A DNA stretch of 34,218 nucleotides, from the NCBI GenBank assembly GCA_044351785.1, contig JBILFC010000001.1:1-34218 (forward strand). Direction: 5' to 3'. The stretch comes from Bdellovibrionota bacterium (GTDB taxonomy: Bacteria > Bdellovibrionota_C > UBA2361 > SZUA-149 > DAOLCO01). Shown here in pieces: positions 17,422-25,293 of this stretch. Below the pieces are notes generated by a model. That model ran no database searches. It was not told the DNA's origin and saw only the letters and a list, made by a program, of their open reading frames with translations. Numbering within the stretch: position 1 is the first letter of the stretch; each line of letters begins with the position of its first letter. The position numbers were made by a program, and so were the translations under genes.

Positions 17422-17652
17422 ATCACTTAGCCCCTATTATAATTAACCATATAATTAGGATGAAGGTTGGGGGATGAGGGTTTCAAAAGAGGGGAATGGT
17501 TGAAACTTTACTTTAAGTGCATTAAAGTAAGAGGGATTACATGGGCTCTGAGGCCGGGTCGGAGATAAATTAAAATTCAGAAAATAAACCTAAATGTCGA
17601 AAAAGACTTAGGTAATAAATTTACTCCTGCAAGACCTTCAACAGTTCCTAAC

Positions 17653-18195
17653 ATGTTATTCTTAAATAAATATAATCAAATCATCACTGGAATTTGCCTA
17701 TATATTTTTATCTACACGCCTTTTAGTCAGTCCATTAAGAATGAAAGAAAACAAAATAGGCCTCCAGACAACACTTTTAATTTAGGAAATACCATCCCCG
17801 AGTTCAGGCTAAAAAGTTCAGAAGGCATTGAGTACGACTCACAAAGATTCAAAGAAAAAGATACTTTATTACTATTTTGGGAAATGGATTCAATCTCAAG
17901 TAAAGTCAACCTGCTTCAGTTAAATAAAATCCACAATAAGATTGATCCTTCCAAAATGGAAATTATAAGTATCTATACCGATGATACGAATAAGGACATT
18001 TCCAGTTTTCTCACAAAATATAAGATTACAGTGCCATTAGTTATGGATAAGCACTTAGCAAAAACTATCGGCATACTACAATTCCCAACAGGAATTATTA
18101 TAGACAAAGAGAAGAAAATAATTTCAATAATAGATTCTAGTGGCCTTCGTTCATATGAACAACTTACTATTTCACCAAGATGGCAGCGAAAGTAA
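17653..18195 (+). CDS. TlpA/AhpC-like thioredoxin-fold protein lacking the CxxC motif
   Basis: N-terminal hydrophobic anchor. Collinear with TlpA-like redoxins (FRLKSSEGIEYDSQRFKEKDTLLLFW...FPTGIIIDKEKKII), but the WCxxC position reads EMDSIS. Overlaps the ABC ATPase gene by 16 nt. Confidence 0.65.
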   Translation: MLFLNKYNQIITGICLYIFIYTPFSQSIKNERKQNRPPDNTFNLGNTIPEFRLKSSEGIEYDSQRFKEKDTLLLFWEMDSISSKVNLLQLNKIHNKIDPSKMEIISIYTDDTNKDISSFLTKYKITVPLVMDKHLAKTIGILQFPTGIIIDKEKKIISIIDSSGLRSYEQLTISPRWQRK

Positions 18196-19100
18196 TCTCA
18201 GTAGAGAATCTACACAAAACTTACTATTCTCTACTACCGCTTGTAAAAATACATGCCGTAAAAAATATTTCCTTTTCAATAGATGAAGGAAAAGTTGTTG
18301 GATTTCTTGGCCCTAATGGTGCAGGTAAGTCAACCACGATACAGGCGATACTAGGCCTAATTCATTGCACAAAAGGATCAATCAATGTGCTAGGACATAA
18401 GGCGCTTAACAAAAAGATCATGCATCGAGTTGGGTTTGTAGCTGAAGTTCATCCTGTTATCGATAACATGACAGTACGCAATCAGCTCAATTTTCTAGCT
18501 AGACTTAGCCCAAAACACAAAAATCCGAAAAATAGTCGAATAGATGAACTCCTAAATCAGTTCCATTTGCTAGATTTCGCGAACAGAAAAGGCTCTAGTT
18601 TATCAAAAGGGATGAGACAAAAGCTGGGTTTCGTACAAGCCTTAATGCATGACCCAGATATTTTAATACTAGACGAACCAACATCTGGCCTAGACCCAGC
18701 AAGTAGAAAACTTTTCAGTGAAATAATTCTAGAACTAAAGAAAAAGGGGAAAACAATCCTCTTTAGCTCCCATATCATAACTGACGTGGTCAGGCTCTGC
18801 GATGAAGCAATAGTAATCGCAAGGGGTGAATTAAAAGATCATTTCCCTTTAGATAAAACCAATTCAACATGGAAAATGATCTTCGAATACTCTACAACCA
18901 ATCCACTGAACACATTTAACTCTCCAAATGTAAAAGTTACCAGCTCTTTTGAGAATATTATAGAGCTCGAATGTCAAGATTCAGAAAAGGATCTTCTCAT
19001 TAAACATTTAATACAATTAGATGCTTCAATAAACAATCTCTCAGAAATTAAAACTGACCTAGAAGAAAGGTATATAAACCTTGTTAAGGATAACAAGTAA
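18180..19100 (+). CDS. ABC transporter ATP-binding protein
   Basis: Walker A GPNGAGKST, signature LSKGMRQKL, Walker B ILILDEPTSGLD, H-loop SSHI. Confidence 0.92.
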   Translation: MAAKVISVENLHKTYYSLLPLVKIHAVKNISFSIDEGKVVGFLGPNGAGKSTTIQAILGLIHCTKGSINVLGHKALNKKIMHRVGFVAEVHPVIDNMTVRNQLNFLARLSPKHKNPKNSRIDELLNQFHLLDFANRKGSSLSKGMRQKLGFVQALMHDPDILILDEPTSGLDPASRKLFSEIILELKKKGKTILFSSHIITDVVRLCDEAIVIARGELKDHFPLDKTNSTWKMIFEYSTTNPLNTFNSPNVKVTSSFENIIELECQDSEKDLLIKHLIQLDASINNLSEIKTDLEERYINLVKDNK

Positions 19101-19882
19101 TGAGACCAATCCTAAGCTATTGCACAAAATCTATTAAAACACCGATGTGGCTATTTATAACTTTCTTGATATCGCTAAGGATTTTATGGATTACATTTAA
19201 AGAAGCGCATGAAATAATAAAATCTTTCATGGTAGATTCAAAGATAGAATATGAGATCGCTGAATACCTACTTATCCAAACTTTATATCAATCTGAAATA
19301 TACTTATTAGGTATTAGCATAATCTATTCTGAAATCATAGAAACAGACCGGAAATCAGGAATCCTACCTCTCCTAGTTACTCGCACAGAGAGATGGAAAT
19401 ATATAATTGGAACTTGGTTATCAATTCCTGCCGCTGTCATCACAATCAATATATTTGCATTAGCGGGCATCTATTCTACACTAATTCAACTAGATCTACC
19501 CTTAAGTACAGCATATCTGTTCGCTTCTATAAGACTAATAATTCCTATTGTAATACTTCATAGCATTCTATTCTGCTGGAACAGCTACTTTAGATTAAAA
19601 ACCTCTTTTACACTCATTATCTTGCTTTCCATTTCAAGTAGCATCTTGACGGTAGTTGAATCCCTCCGTGAAACTTTTGTAACTAAAGTTCTTAATTTTA
19701 TAGAATTTACCCTTGTTTATTTGCTACCGTCCTTAACATTTTTAGCATCACCAAATGATCTTAACTGGTTAAGCACTCAACAATTTTTCTTTATCTATTT
19801 AGATAATCTTTCATATCTTGCGCTGGTCTTATTTATATTCTGCGGGATATTCAAAAGCGTAGACCTCGGAACGAAGTCGTAG
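19100..19882 (+). CDS. Polytopic membrane protein, probable ABC-2-type permease partner
   Basis: TAATG stop/start overlap with the ATPase gene. About six hydrophobic segments. No specific family recognised. Confidence 0.65.
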   Translation: MRPILSYCTKSIKTPMWLFITFLISLRILWITFKEAHEIIKSFMVDSKIEYEIAEYLLIQTLYQSEIYLLGISIIYSEIIETDRKSGILPLLVTRTERWKYIIGTWLSIPAAVITINIFALAGIYSTLIQLDLPLSTAYLFASIRLIIPIVILHSILFCWNSYFRLKTSFTLIILLSISSSILTVVESLRETFVTKVLNFIEFTLVYLLPSLTFLASPNDLNWLSTQQFFFIYLDNLSYLALVLFIFCGIFKSVDLGTKS

Positions 19883-19958
19883 CTTGTAACTACGTACCAT
19901 AAATACGAGCCTACCTACTTTTTAACTAACACTACTAATACCCCTGTACACATCGACA

Positions 19959-20219
19959 TTACATCATCACAGGAGCCTTAGTTACCAGTTCAAGATCTAA
20001 GTCTCCATTTGCAACTGATAATAGCCACAAAGTATCTCCTTCCGAATCGCAACATTCAAGTTCATATCCCAACTGATCCTTGTAAACCATCACAACCCTC
20101 GCATGATCACCTACCACCGGTGGTCGTTTACTTATTCCATCACCGACTAAATTAATTCTTTTGTTAATTTTATTAATACGAACAATATCGTACTCATTAA
20201 ATTTTAAATAATTATCCAT
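19959..20219 (-). CDS. DUF4926-like small protein (86 aa)
   Basis: Pattern FNEYDIVRI...VVGDHARVVMVY...GYELECCDSEGDTLWLLSV resembles the small SH3-like DUF4926 family. Assigned by recollection only. Confidence 0.5.
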   Translation of the reverse strand: MDNYLKFNEYDIVRINKINKRINLVGDGISKRPPVVGDHARVVMVYKDQLGYELECCDSEGDTLWLLSVANGDLDLELVTKAPVMM

Positions 20220-20229
20220 AAGATTAAAA

Positions 20230-20346
20230 TCATCTCGCCGCAGTTACTTCAAAAGCTACATCCAATCCCAAATGTAACTTACCGACAGGCACCACCCCAC
20301 GCGCTGGTTTATGATCTCCAAAAAATTCGGCATATTTCTCATTCAC
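20230..20346 (-). pseudogene. ridA: 3' relic of a ridA (YjgF/RidA family) gene; only the last ~38 codons remain
   Basis: The minus-strand translation VNEKYAEFFGDHKPARGVVPVGKLHLGLDVAFEVTAAR* matches the RidA C-terminus (compare B. subtilis YabJ ...[36 protein letters not shown]). It starts in frame immediately after the TAG stop of the AAA ATPase gene, and the N-terminal ~90 codons are absent. Confidence 0.6.
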
Positions 20347-21594
20347 CTACCTACAATACTCATAGGCCGGTATCATTAAAATAGTCTGCTTACCAGAACC
20401 CTTAACTCCCCCTGATTCATTTGCAGTAACAATGGTTAACTTAGCCTCCGAGAACTTAGTGCTAGCAATCTCTAACGCACGAACTTCTCGCTCTTTTGTT
20501 TCCATATCAGAGATATTTAAACATACTTGTATTAACTGTGAAGTCACATGACCATCTCTCACCAGAAAATCAATTTCCTTTCCATCATCTAAGCGGTGAT
20601 AGAAAATAGAAGAATCACTTTTATAACCACTCCTTCTAAGATGCAAATATACTGAATTTTCTAATTGCTTGCCAAGCACAGGTAGGGAACTTAAATTCAG
20701 TGCACTAATTATCCCAGTATCTATGAGATACGGCTTACGCTCCCCCTTAATCCTTTCTTTTATCTTGTGAGAAAAGTTATGAGTGGTTTCTACTAAGTAG
20801 GCTTCTTCCATAAATCGCAGATAGTTTTCTATGGTTGTTGCGCTAGGCGTTGAATCTAAAGCCTTAGATAATGCTCGAGCACTGGTTCGAGCTGAAACAT
20901 TACCCACTATTAAAGACAACGTATTAGTTAAATAAAAAGGATTACGAATTTTTTTCCTTCGCACTAGATCCTTCAAAATTACAGAATCATATAAAGCTTT
21001 TAAATATGTCTTATAATCTACCGAAGGTTCAAACAATACTTCAGGATACCCACCCCGCTCCAGATAAAACTGATAACTGTCCCATGATCTCTGCCGATTG
21101 GTCGCATCAATATATTCTGTATAGGAAAATGGAAGTAGCTCTATCGCAATATGTCGACCAGTAAGTGCGGTCGCCAACTCAGATCCCAGAAGCTTTGCAT
21201 TCGATCCAGTAATAACTAAGTTATATCCCCGTCTGTGGAGTTTATTTATCAGTGTCTCCCATTCAGGAAAATCTTGTATCTCATCTAGATACCAATACTG
21301 CGCGTCCGGATAAATCTCATGAGCAGTATCAATTATTGAATCTCCTGAAGATTTCTGAAACAACTCTTCTTCAAAATTCAGATAAGCAATTTTTTTATCT
21401 TCTAATATCTTCTGAATGAGCCTAGACTTACCTGCCCTCCTTGGACCTAGGACAATTTTTATCAATGAATTATCAAGCGCCTCAACCAACTCAGCTTCTT
21501 TGGTCCTTATAAAATACTTTTTCTTTGCGAAGCTCAGGAATTCCTGCTTTTGCTTTGAAAGAATGTCTGAAAGTGAGTAAGTAGTTGTAATCAT
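20347..21594 (-). CDS. AAA+ ATPase of the COG1373 / DUF4143 type (415 aa)
   Basis: Walker A GPRRAGKS, Walker B YWYLDEIQ, and a C-terminal region typical of the AAA_14 + DUF4143 architecture (by recollection). Confidence 0.8.
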   Translation of the reverse strand: MITTTYSLSDILSKQKQEFLSFAKKKYFIRTKEAELVEALDNSLIKIVLGPRRAGKSRLIQKILEDKKIAYLNFEEELFQKSSGDSIIDTAHEIYPDAQYWYLDEIQDFPEWETLINKLHRRGYNLVITGSNAKLLGSELATALTGRHIAIELLPFSYTEYIDATNRQRSWDSYQFYLERGGYPEVLFEPSVDYKTYLKALYDSVILKDLVRRKKIRNPFYLTNTLSLIVGNVSARTSARALSKALDSTPSATTIENYLRFMEEAYLVETTHNFSHKIKERIKGERKPYLIDTGIISALNLSSLPVLGKQLENSVYLHLRRSGYKSDSSIFYHRLDDGKEIDFLVRDGHVTSQLIQVCLNISDMETKEREVRALEIASTKFSEAKLTIVTANESGGVKGSGKQTILMIPAYEYCR

Positions 21595-21622
21595 TAAATC
21601 CAGTGCTAACTAATATACTCTA

Positions 21623-21654
21623 TACTTAGCAGATTTGCCCAAATCTGCCAAGTA
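21623..21654 (-). promoter_or_regulatory. Imperfect 14-bp inverted repeat just upstream of the ATPase start; possible operator
   Basis: TACTTAGCAGATTT-GCCC-AAATCTGCCAAGTA (one mismatch) lies 29 nt upstream of the ATG at 21594. A related direct copy ATACTTAGCACATAGCAGAT sits at 21663-21682. Confidence 0.3.
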
Positions 21655-21723
21655 GAAAGATTCATACTTAGCACATAGCAGATCGTAAAAATCAAGTAAT
21701 TAAGACTGAATAAGATGAAAAAT

Positions 21724-21759
21724 CAGCCTATTATTGCTTTATAAATCAATAATAGGCTG
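21724..21759 (-). terminator. Stem-loop with a T-run on the minus strand, downstream of the brnA-like gene
   Basis: CAGCCTATTATT-(12 nt)-AATAATAGGCTG. On the minus strand it is followed by ATTTTTCAT. Confidence 0.45.
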
Positions 21760-21933
21760 CGCTCTGAGGCCTAACTTGTGAGGTTTTAGGTTAAACTATC
21801 TTTAATAGTTCCGCTCAACCTATGAAAGATTCTGATTTTTCTTTTAGTACTTTTTACAAGTAAATTCCTTTCTCAATGACTTACCATTCCTCGTATTCTT
21901 CACGTATGTCCGTTACCCTCCGCTATATTTTAT

Positions 21934-22212
21934 CTATGCCACCAACTTCTTTTTAATTTCTCTAATCTCAGCCTCGATCTTTTCCAATCTTTCACTTTCG
22001 TTAGATTTTCGATCCAAAGAGTCAGACAATAGTCTATTGATCAGCCTCTGATATGGAACTCCGGACTTATCTGCAATAGCCTTCACTCGTTTTAACACTG
22101 CTCCATCAATATTAATTGTAATCTTTACACCTGATCCATCCTTAGCTCTCGAACGAATCTTATTAGTCTTTTGTTGATCTAAAACAACTTCACTTAATTT
22201 TGGCTTTTTCAT
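21934..22212 (-). CDS. BrnA-like ribbon-helix-helix antitoxin-family protein (92 aa)
   Basis: Core VKITINIDGAVLKRVKAIADKSGVPYQRLINRLLSDSL matches the BrnA/CopG-type antitoxin pattern (...v.i.ld.d.l.w.k......gY Q..iN..Lr). No intact toxin gene is adjacent. Confidence 0.6.
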   Translation of the reverse strand: MKKPKLSEVVLDQQKTNKIRSRAKDGSGVKITINIDGAVLKRVKAIADKSGVPYQRLINRLLSDSLDRKSNESERLEKIEAEIREIKKKLVA

Positions 22213-22301
22213 AAAGCGACACCATGCTTCTTTAAGCTACTATATTCTTTGACTAAGTCCAATTCTAATGAAAGCCCTTGCCTAAATCCATATTCATACA
22301 T
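22209..22301 (-). pseudogene. 30-codon stub resembling the N-terminus of a BrnT (DUF497) toxin, ending in an ATGA overlap with the brnA-like start
   Basis: Minus-strand ORF MYEYGFRQGLSLELDLVKEYSSLKKHGVAL*. LELDLVKEYSSLKKHGVAL resembles the BrnT N-terminal signature FEWD..K...N..KHGVSF. The remaining ~60 residues of a normal BrnT are missing. Confidence 0.3.
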
Positions 22302-22445
22302 ATTTTACCATACAATAATAACAAATGCTAATATTTAATGATCGCATTTTTTAAGGATTAGAATTGGCACAGTATCTGAAATTACACTTGCTCTAAATGC
22401 TAACAAACCTGCTATAACACCTCAGAAGAAAACAATGGACAACAA

Positions 22446-23432
22446 ATGAGCATAGGTTTAATTGCTTTAATAGATGACATAACGGCCCTAGCCAAACTTG
22501 CAGTAGTATCCTTGGATGACACTGCTACCCAAGCGGCTAAAGCCAGCTCAAAAGCAGTTTCAAAAGCTGCTGGGATTATTATAGACGACGCTGCGGTAAC
22601 ACCGCGCTATGTAGTAGGTCTTGCCGCTAAACGGGAAATTCCTATTATTGGAAAAATTGCATTAGGTTCTCTAAAAAATAAATTAGTGCTGTTGCTACCC
22701 GGGGCATTACTACTCAGCTATTTCGCACCGTGGAGCATCACTCCCTTACTGATGATTGGTGGCATGTTTCTTTGCTTTGAAGGCTGGCATAAGTTGGCAG
22801 ATACTCTTGGTCTACATCCCAAAATAGATGCAGGCACCCAGAGCGAAATCTTGAAAGGCTCTTCAGAAAATTTAAGCTCCATCGAATTAGAGAATCAGAG
22901 AGTTCGCAGTGCCATACGCACAGATTTTATCTTATCCGCTGAGATCATGGCAATTACGCTATCAACAATTTCGACATTGCCTGCTTGGATGCAGGGTGTA
23001 GTGCTAGCACTATCTGGATTAGCCATGACTTTCATTGTCTACGCTACTGTGGCTATAATTGTAAAGGCAGATGACTTCGGTGCCTACCTCGCACTGCAGT
23101 CCAGTGGTTTTATTCGCACTCTAGGTAAGCTCATAGTTTTAGGCATGCCAATATTTCTTCAACTATTAAGTCATGTTGGCATGATAGCGATGTTATGGGT
23201 AGGTGGTGGTATCATTACCCACGGGCTACATGTTCTTGGAGTACATTCTCCTGAAGATTGGATTAATAAAAGCGGTGACGCTGTCACACTTTATGTGGGT
23301 AACTTTGGATCTTGGATTGTGAAAGCTGGAATTGCTGCGGTATTAGGCTTAATAGTCGGAGCAATAGTTGATATAGTCTCAAAGAAAATACTTTTGCCGT
23401 TACTAGCCCTATTACCCACAACTCCACCATAG
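22446..23432 (+). CDS. yedI: DUF808 inner-membrane protein (YedI-like)
   Basis: N-terminus LIALIDDITALAKLA...DDAAVTPRYV...REIPIIGKIALGSLKNKLVLL.P.ALLLS.F.PW.ITPLLMIGG.FLCFEG is collinear with E. coli YedI as I recall it. Multiple transmembrane segments. Confidence 0.8.
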   Translation: MSIGLIALIDDITALAKLAVVSLDDTATQAAKASSKAVSKAAGIIIDDAAVTPRYVVGLAAKREIPIIGKIALGSLKNKLVLLLPGALLLSYFAPWSITPLLMIGGMFLCFEGWHKLADTLGLHPKIDAGTQSEILKGSSENLSSIELENQRVRSAIRTDFILSAEIMAITLSTISTLPAWMQGVVLALSGLAMTFIVYATVAIIVKADDFGAYLALQSSGFIRTLGKLIVLGMPIFLQLLSHVGMIAMLWVGGGIITHGLHVLGVHSPEDWINKSGDAVTLYVGNFGSWIVKAGIAAVLGLIVGAIVDIVSKKILLPLLALLPTTPP

Positions 23433-23622
23433 TAGCAAAAATTTCAAGCTCATCTAAATATCTTTTTACAAACTCTAAACCTATACCCGTAACTTCATAA
23501 GTTGTTAAAAGCTTTTCATTTACAAATTCCTTTACAACTTTTACACACACCTCAGTCTCAAACTTGTTTAAGAATAAGTCACCATATGACGACAAACTCA
23601 TAAGTAACTATAATCGCTCAAT

Positions 23623-24018
23623 ATGCATATTAAATCAATAATTACCCCTAGACTCTTTAGCCTACTTTTAGCTCTTTTATCCGCACTAACATTGGTACTG
23701 TATGACCAACTTCGTGAAGTCCTCCCCATTCAACTTGAATACTGGGCTGGGGGCGTTCTATACGTGATGTTCTGGAGCTTCCTATTTTATACAATCGTAT
23801 TAAAAAGAATAAGCCCTTTATGGACCTGTTTAATAACAACTCTTACAACTTGCCTAATTGAATTCTCCCAACTCTGGCACCCTGCCTTCCTAGAAGAGAT
23901 CAGATCATATAAAATTGGATATGCTGTACTTGGAACAACCTTTAGCTGGAGTGATTTCCCGCCTTACTTCTTAGGAGGATTTATGGCTTGGCTTTCCATA
24001 AAATTGATCCTAAAATAA
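23623..24018 (+). CDS. DUF2809-like small polytopic membrane protein (131 aa)
   Basis: Four hydrophobic segments. The motifs GGVLYVMFW and IEFSQLWH..., LGTTFSWSDF are reminiscent of DUF2809. Recollection only. Confidence 0.5.
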   Translation: MHIKSIITPRLFSLLLALLSALTLVLYDQLREVLPIQLEYWAGGVLYVMFWSFLFYTIVLKRISPLWTCLITTLTTCLIEFSQLWHPAFLEEIRSYKIGYAVLGTTFSWSDFPPYFLGGFMAWLSIKLILK

Positions 24019-24024
24019 ATCCCC

Positions 24025-24603
24025 ATGTACAATTTACTGCTCAACAAGTTCTCAGAACAACATTTTCTTAAACAATTAACACCATTATCAAAAACTACTA
24101 AGGTAATAACCTCAGACACATCTGGCAGGGGAGTAATTGCAACGATAGATATCCCAGCAGGCACTCTCCTAGGAATATATCCAGGTGCACATATAAGCTA
24201 CAAAGAGTTTTTAGAAAAAGAACAATTTGTAAGTCGCTCTGTAAAATCTGCCTATATGTTCTCTAAAGATATCATTATTGATCCAACAGATATGTTTGGT
24301 TACCTAACCGACACTCCAGATCACCGCATAGCTCTAATTAACGAGGCCAGCCCCTCACAACAAACAAATATCGCAGCAATTAATACAAGAAGAAATGTTT
24401 GGTATATTAGCATTCAAGACATTAAAGCTGGGGAAGAATTATTTACTAACTACGGCAACCAATATAAAAGAAATTATTCTTCCTCTGATGCAGGTAATCA
24501 AATTTTTAGCGATAATCAAATTAAAATCTTACAAGGTTTGGCAGCTAAATATCTTTGGACGAAAAGAGGTATCGGTGAATTGTTAATAATATTATTAAAT
24601 TAA
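24025..24603 (+). CDS. SET-domain protein (putative lysine methyltransferase, 192 aa)
   Basis: GRGVIATIDIPAGTLLGIYPG (GxG plus beta-hairpin), YMFSKDIIIDPT, ALINEASPSQQTNI (in place of the RFxNHSCxPN motif) and IKAGEELFTNYG (the post-SET ELxxxY motif). Confidence 0.7.
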   Translation: MYNLLLNKFSEQHFLKQLTPLSKTTKVITSDTSGRGVIATIDIPAGTLLGIYPGAHISYKEFLEKEQFVSRSVKSAYMFSKDIIIDPTDMFGYLTDTPDHRIALINEASPSQQTNIAAINTRRNVWYISIQDIKAGEELFTNYGNQYKRNYSSSDAGNQIFSDNQIKILQGLAAKYLWTKRGIGELLIILLN

Positions 24604-24607
24604 AAAC

Positions 24608-24662
24608 GCAGTAGCAGAAAAACCCGCTACTGCTGAAAGACGCAGAATAGTTACCTGCGTCT
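24608..24662. terminator. Two adjacent stem-loops between convergent genes (crossed terminators)
   Basis: Hairpin 1: GCAGTAGC-(10 nt)-GCTACTGC (24608-24633), followed on the minus strand by GTTTTTA. Hairpin 2: AGACGCAG-(9 nt)-CTGCGTCT (24638-24662), followed on the + strand by CTTCTCTTTTC. Confidence 0.55.
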
Positions 24663-24911
24663 CTTCTCTTTTCGGAATTCAACTTTCTCAATCCCCATTC
24701 CACCAGAAGCACGTCTCCAGATACCATCGGAAAGCCGCATGAACTCTCCATACTGAATACGTAGTTGAGTCCGCGTTGAATCTAGCCGTGGCAACTGATC
24801 AGGCACAATGACCTTAATCTTACCCCGAGTCTGCTTTGGAACTACTACTGGTACTCGTGCTGGACTCACTGCGGAATAAGAACGGGTCCTACGAACCTTA
24901 CTGACAGCCAT
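24651..24911 (-). CDS. Hypothetical small, highly basic protein (86 aa)
   Basis: I prefer the ATG at 24911 (MAVSKVRRTRS...) because GGAGG lies 5 nt upstream; the track's TTG at 24923 would include that SD. R/K-rich at both termini. GC ~47-50%. No family recognised. Confidence 0.5.
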   Translation of the reverse strand: MAVSKVRRTRSYSAVSPARVPVVVPKQTRGKIKVIVPDQLPRLDSTRTQLRIQYGEFMRLSDGIWRRASGGMGIEKVEFRKEKRRR

Positions 24912-25293
24912 GACATCCTCCAATCCACCGTCAACACCACCAGAAAAATTCCAGTGAAACCATTATGACGGATTCTTCAAGCTATAGCATTTACAACTTC
25001 AAAAATCCGCCAATAAAACCTTTACCATTACTGCCAGCCACAAATAACAAAAAATTATTGTAATTGAAAGATTTCCACTAATATTACACTAGACATTTCC
25101 TAAAACTAACGACTTAGCTCTCTAACAAAGTTGATTTCTTTCGCAAAACTATACTATTCTAACACGCGAAAAAGGTAATAAGGTTTTTTACGATACTTGA
25201 TTGGCTTTCATTGAAATCTTAATTAGATCTGAATGAAGGCTGATCAAGGGGATCAGTGTTTCTAAGTTTCCTGGTCAAAACTTGGGGTTGCTG

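Noticed and set aside
17422-17652. 230-nt G-rich intergenic region (GGTTGGGGGATGAGGG..., small hairpin ACTTTAA-GTGCA-TTAAAGT) as a possible riboswitch or sRNA
   Set aside because: I could not match it to any RNA family I know (no SRP, 6S, tmRNA or riboswitch cores), and the stems are short. A covariance-model scan would be needed before making any claim.
17541-21771. Shared 11-mer GCTCTGAGGCC at ~17545 and ~21762 as possible island-flanking direct repeats
   Set aside because: Dozens to hundreds of 11-mer coincidences are expected by chance in 34 kb. The flanks do not extend the match, and the positions do not bracket the inferred ridA junction.
21761-21800. GCCTAAC ... GTTTTAGG as a possible integron attC-like site near the brnA terminator
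   Set aside because: The right-hand core does not fit GTTRRRY, the spacing is far too short for an attC, and no integrase is present.
23284-23601. 105-aa minus-strand ORF between the yedI-like and DUF2809-like genes. Its first ~56 aa (MSLSSYGDLFLNKFETEVCVKVVKEFVNEKLLTTYEVTGIGLEFVKRYLDELE) look protein-like
   Set aside because: Not called as a feature. There is no SD, its last 149 nt run antisense through the 3' end of the yedI-like gene, and I could not assign a family. It may be a relic or a genuine small gene, so it is left unresolved rather than firmly rejected.
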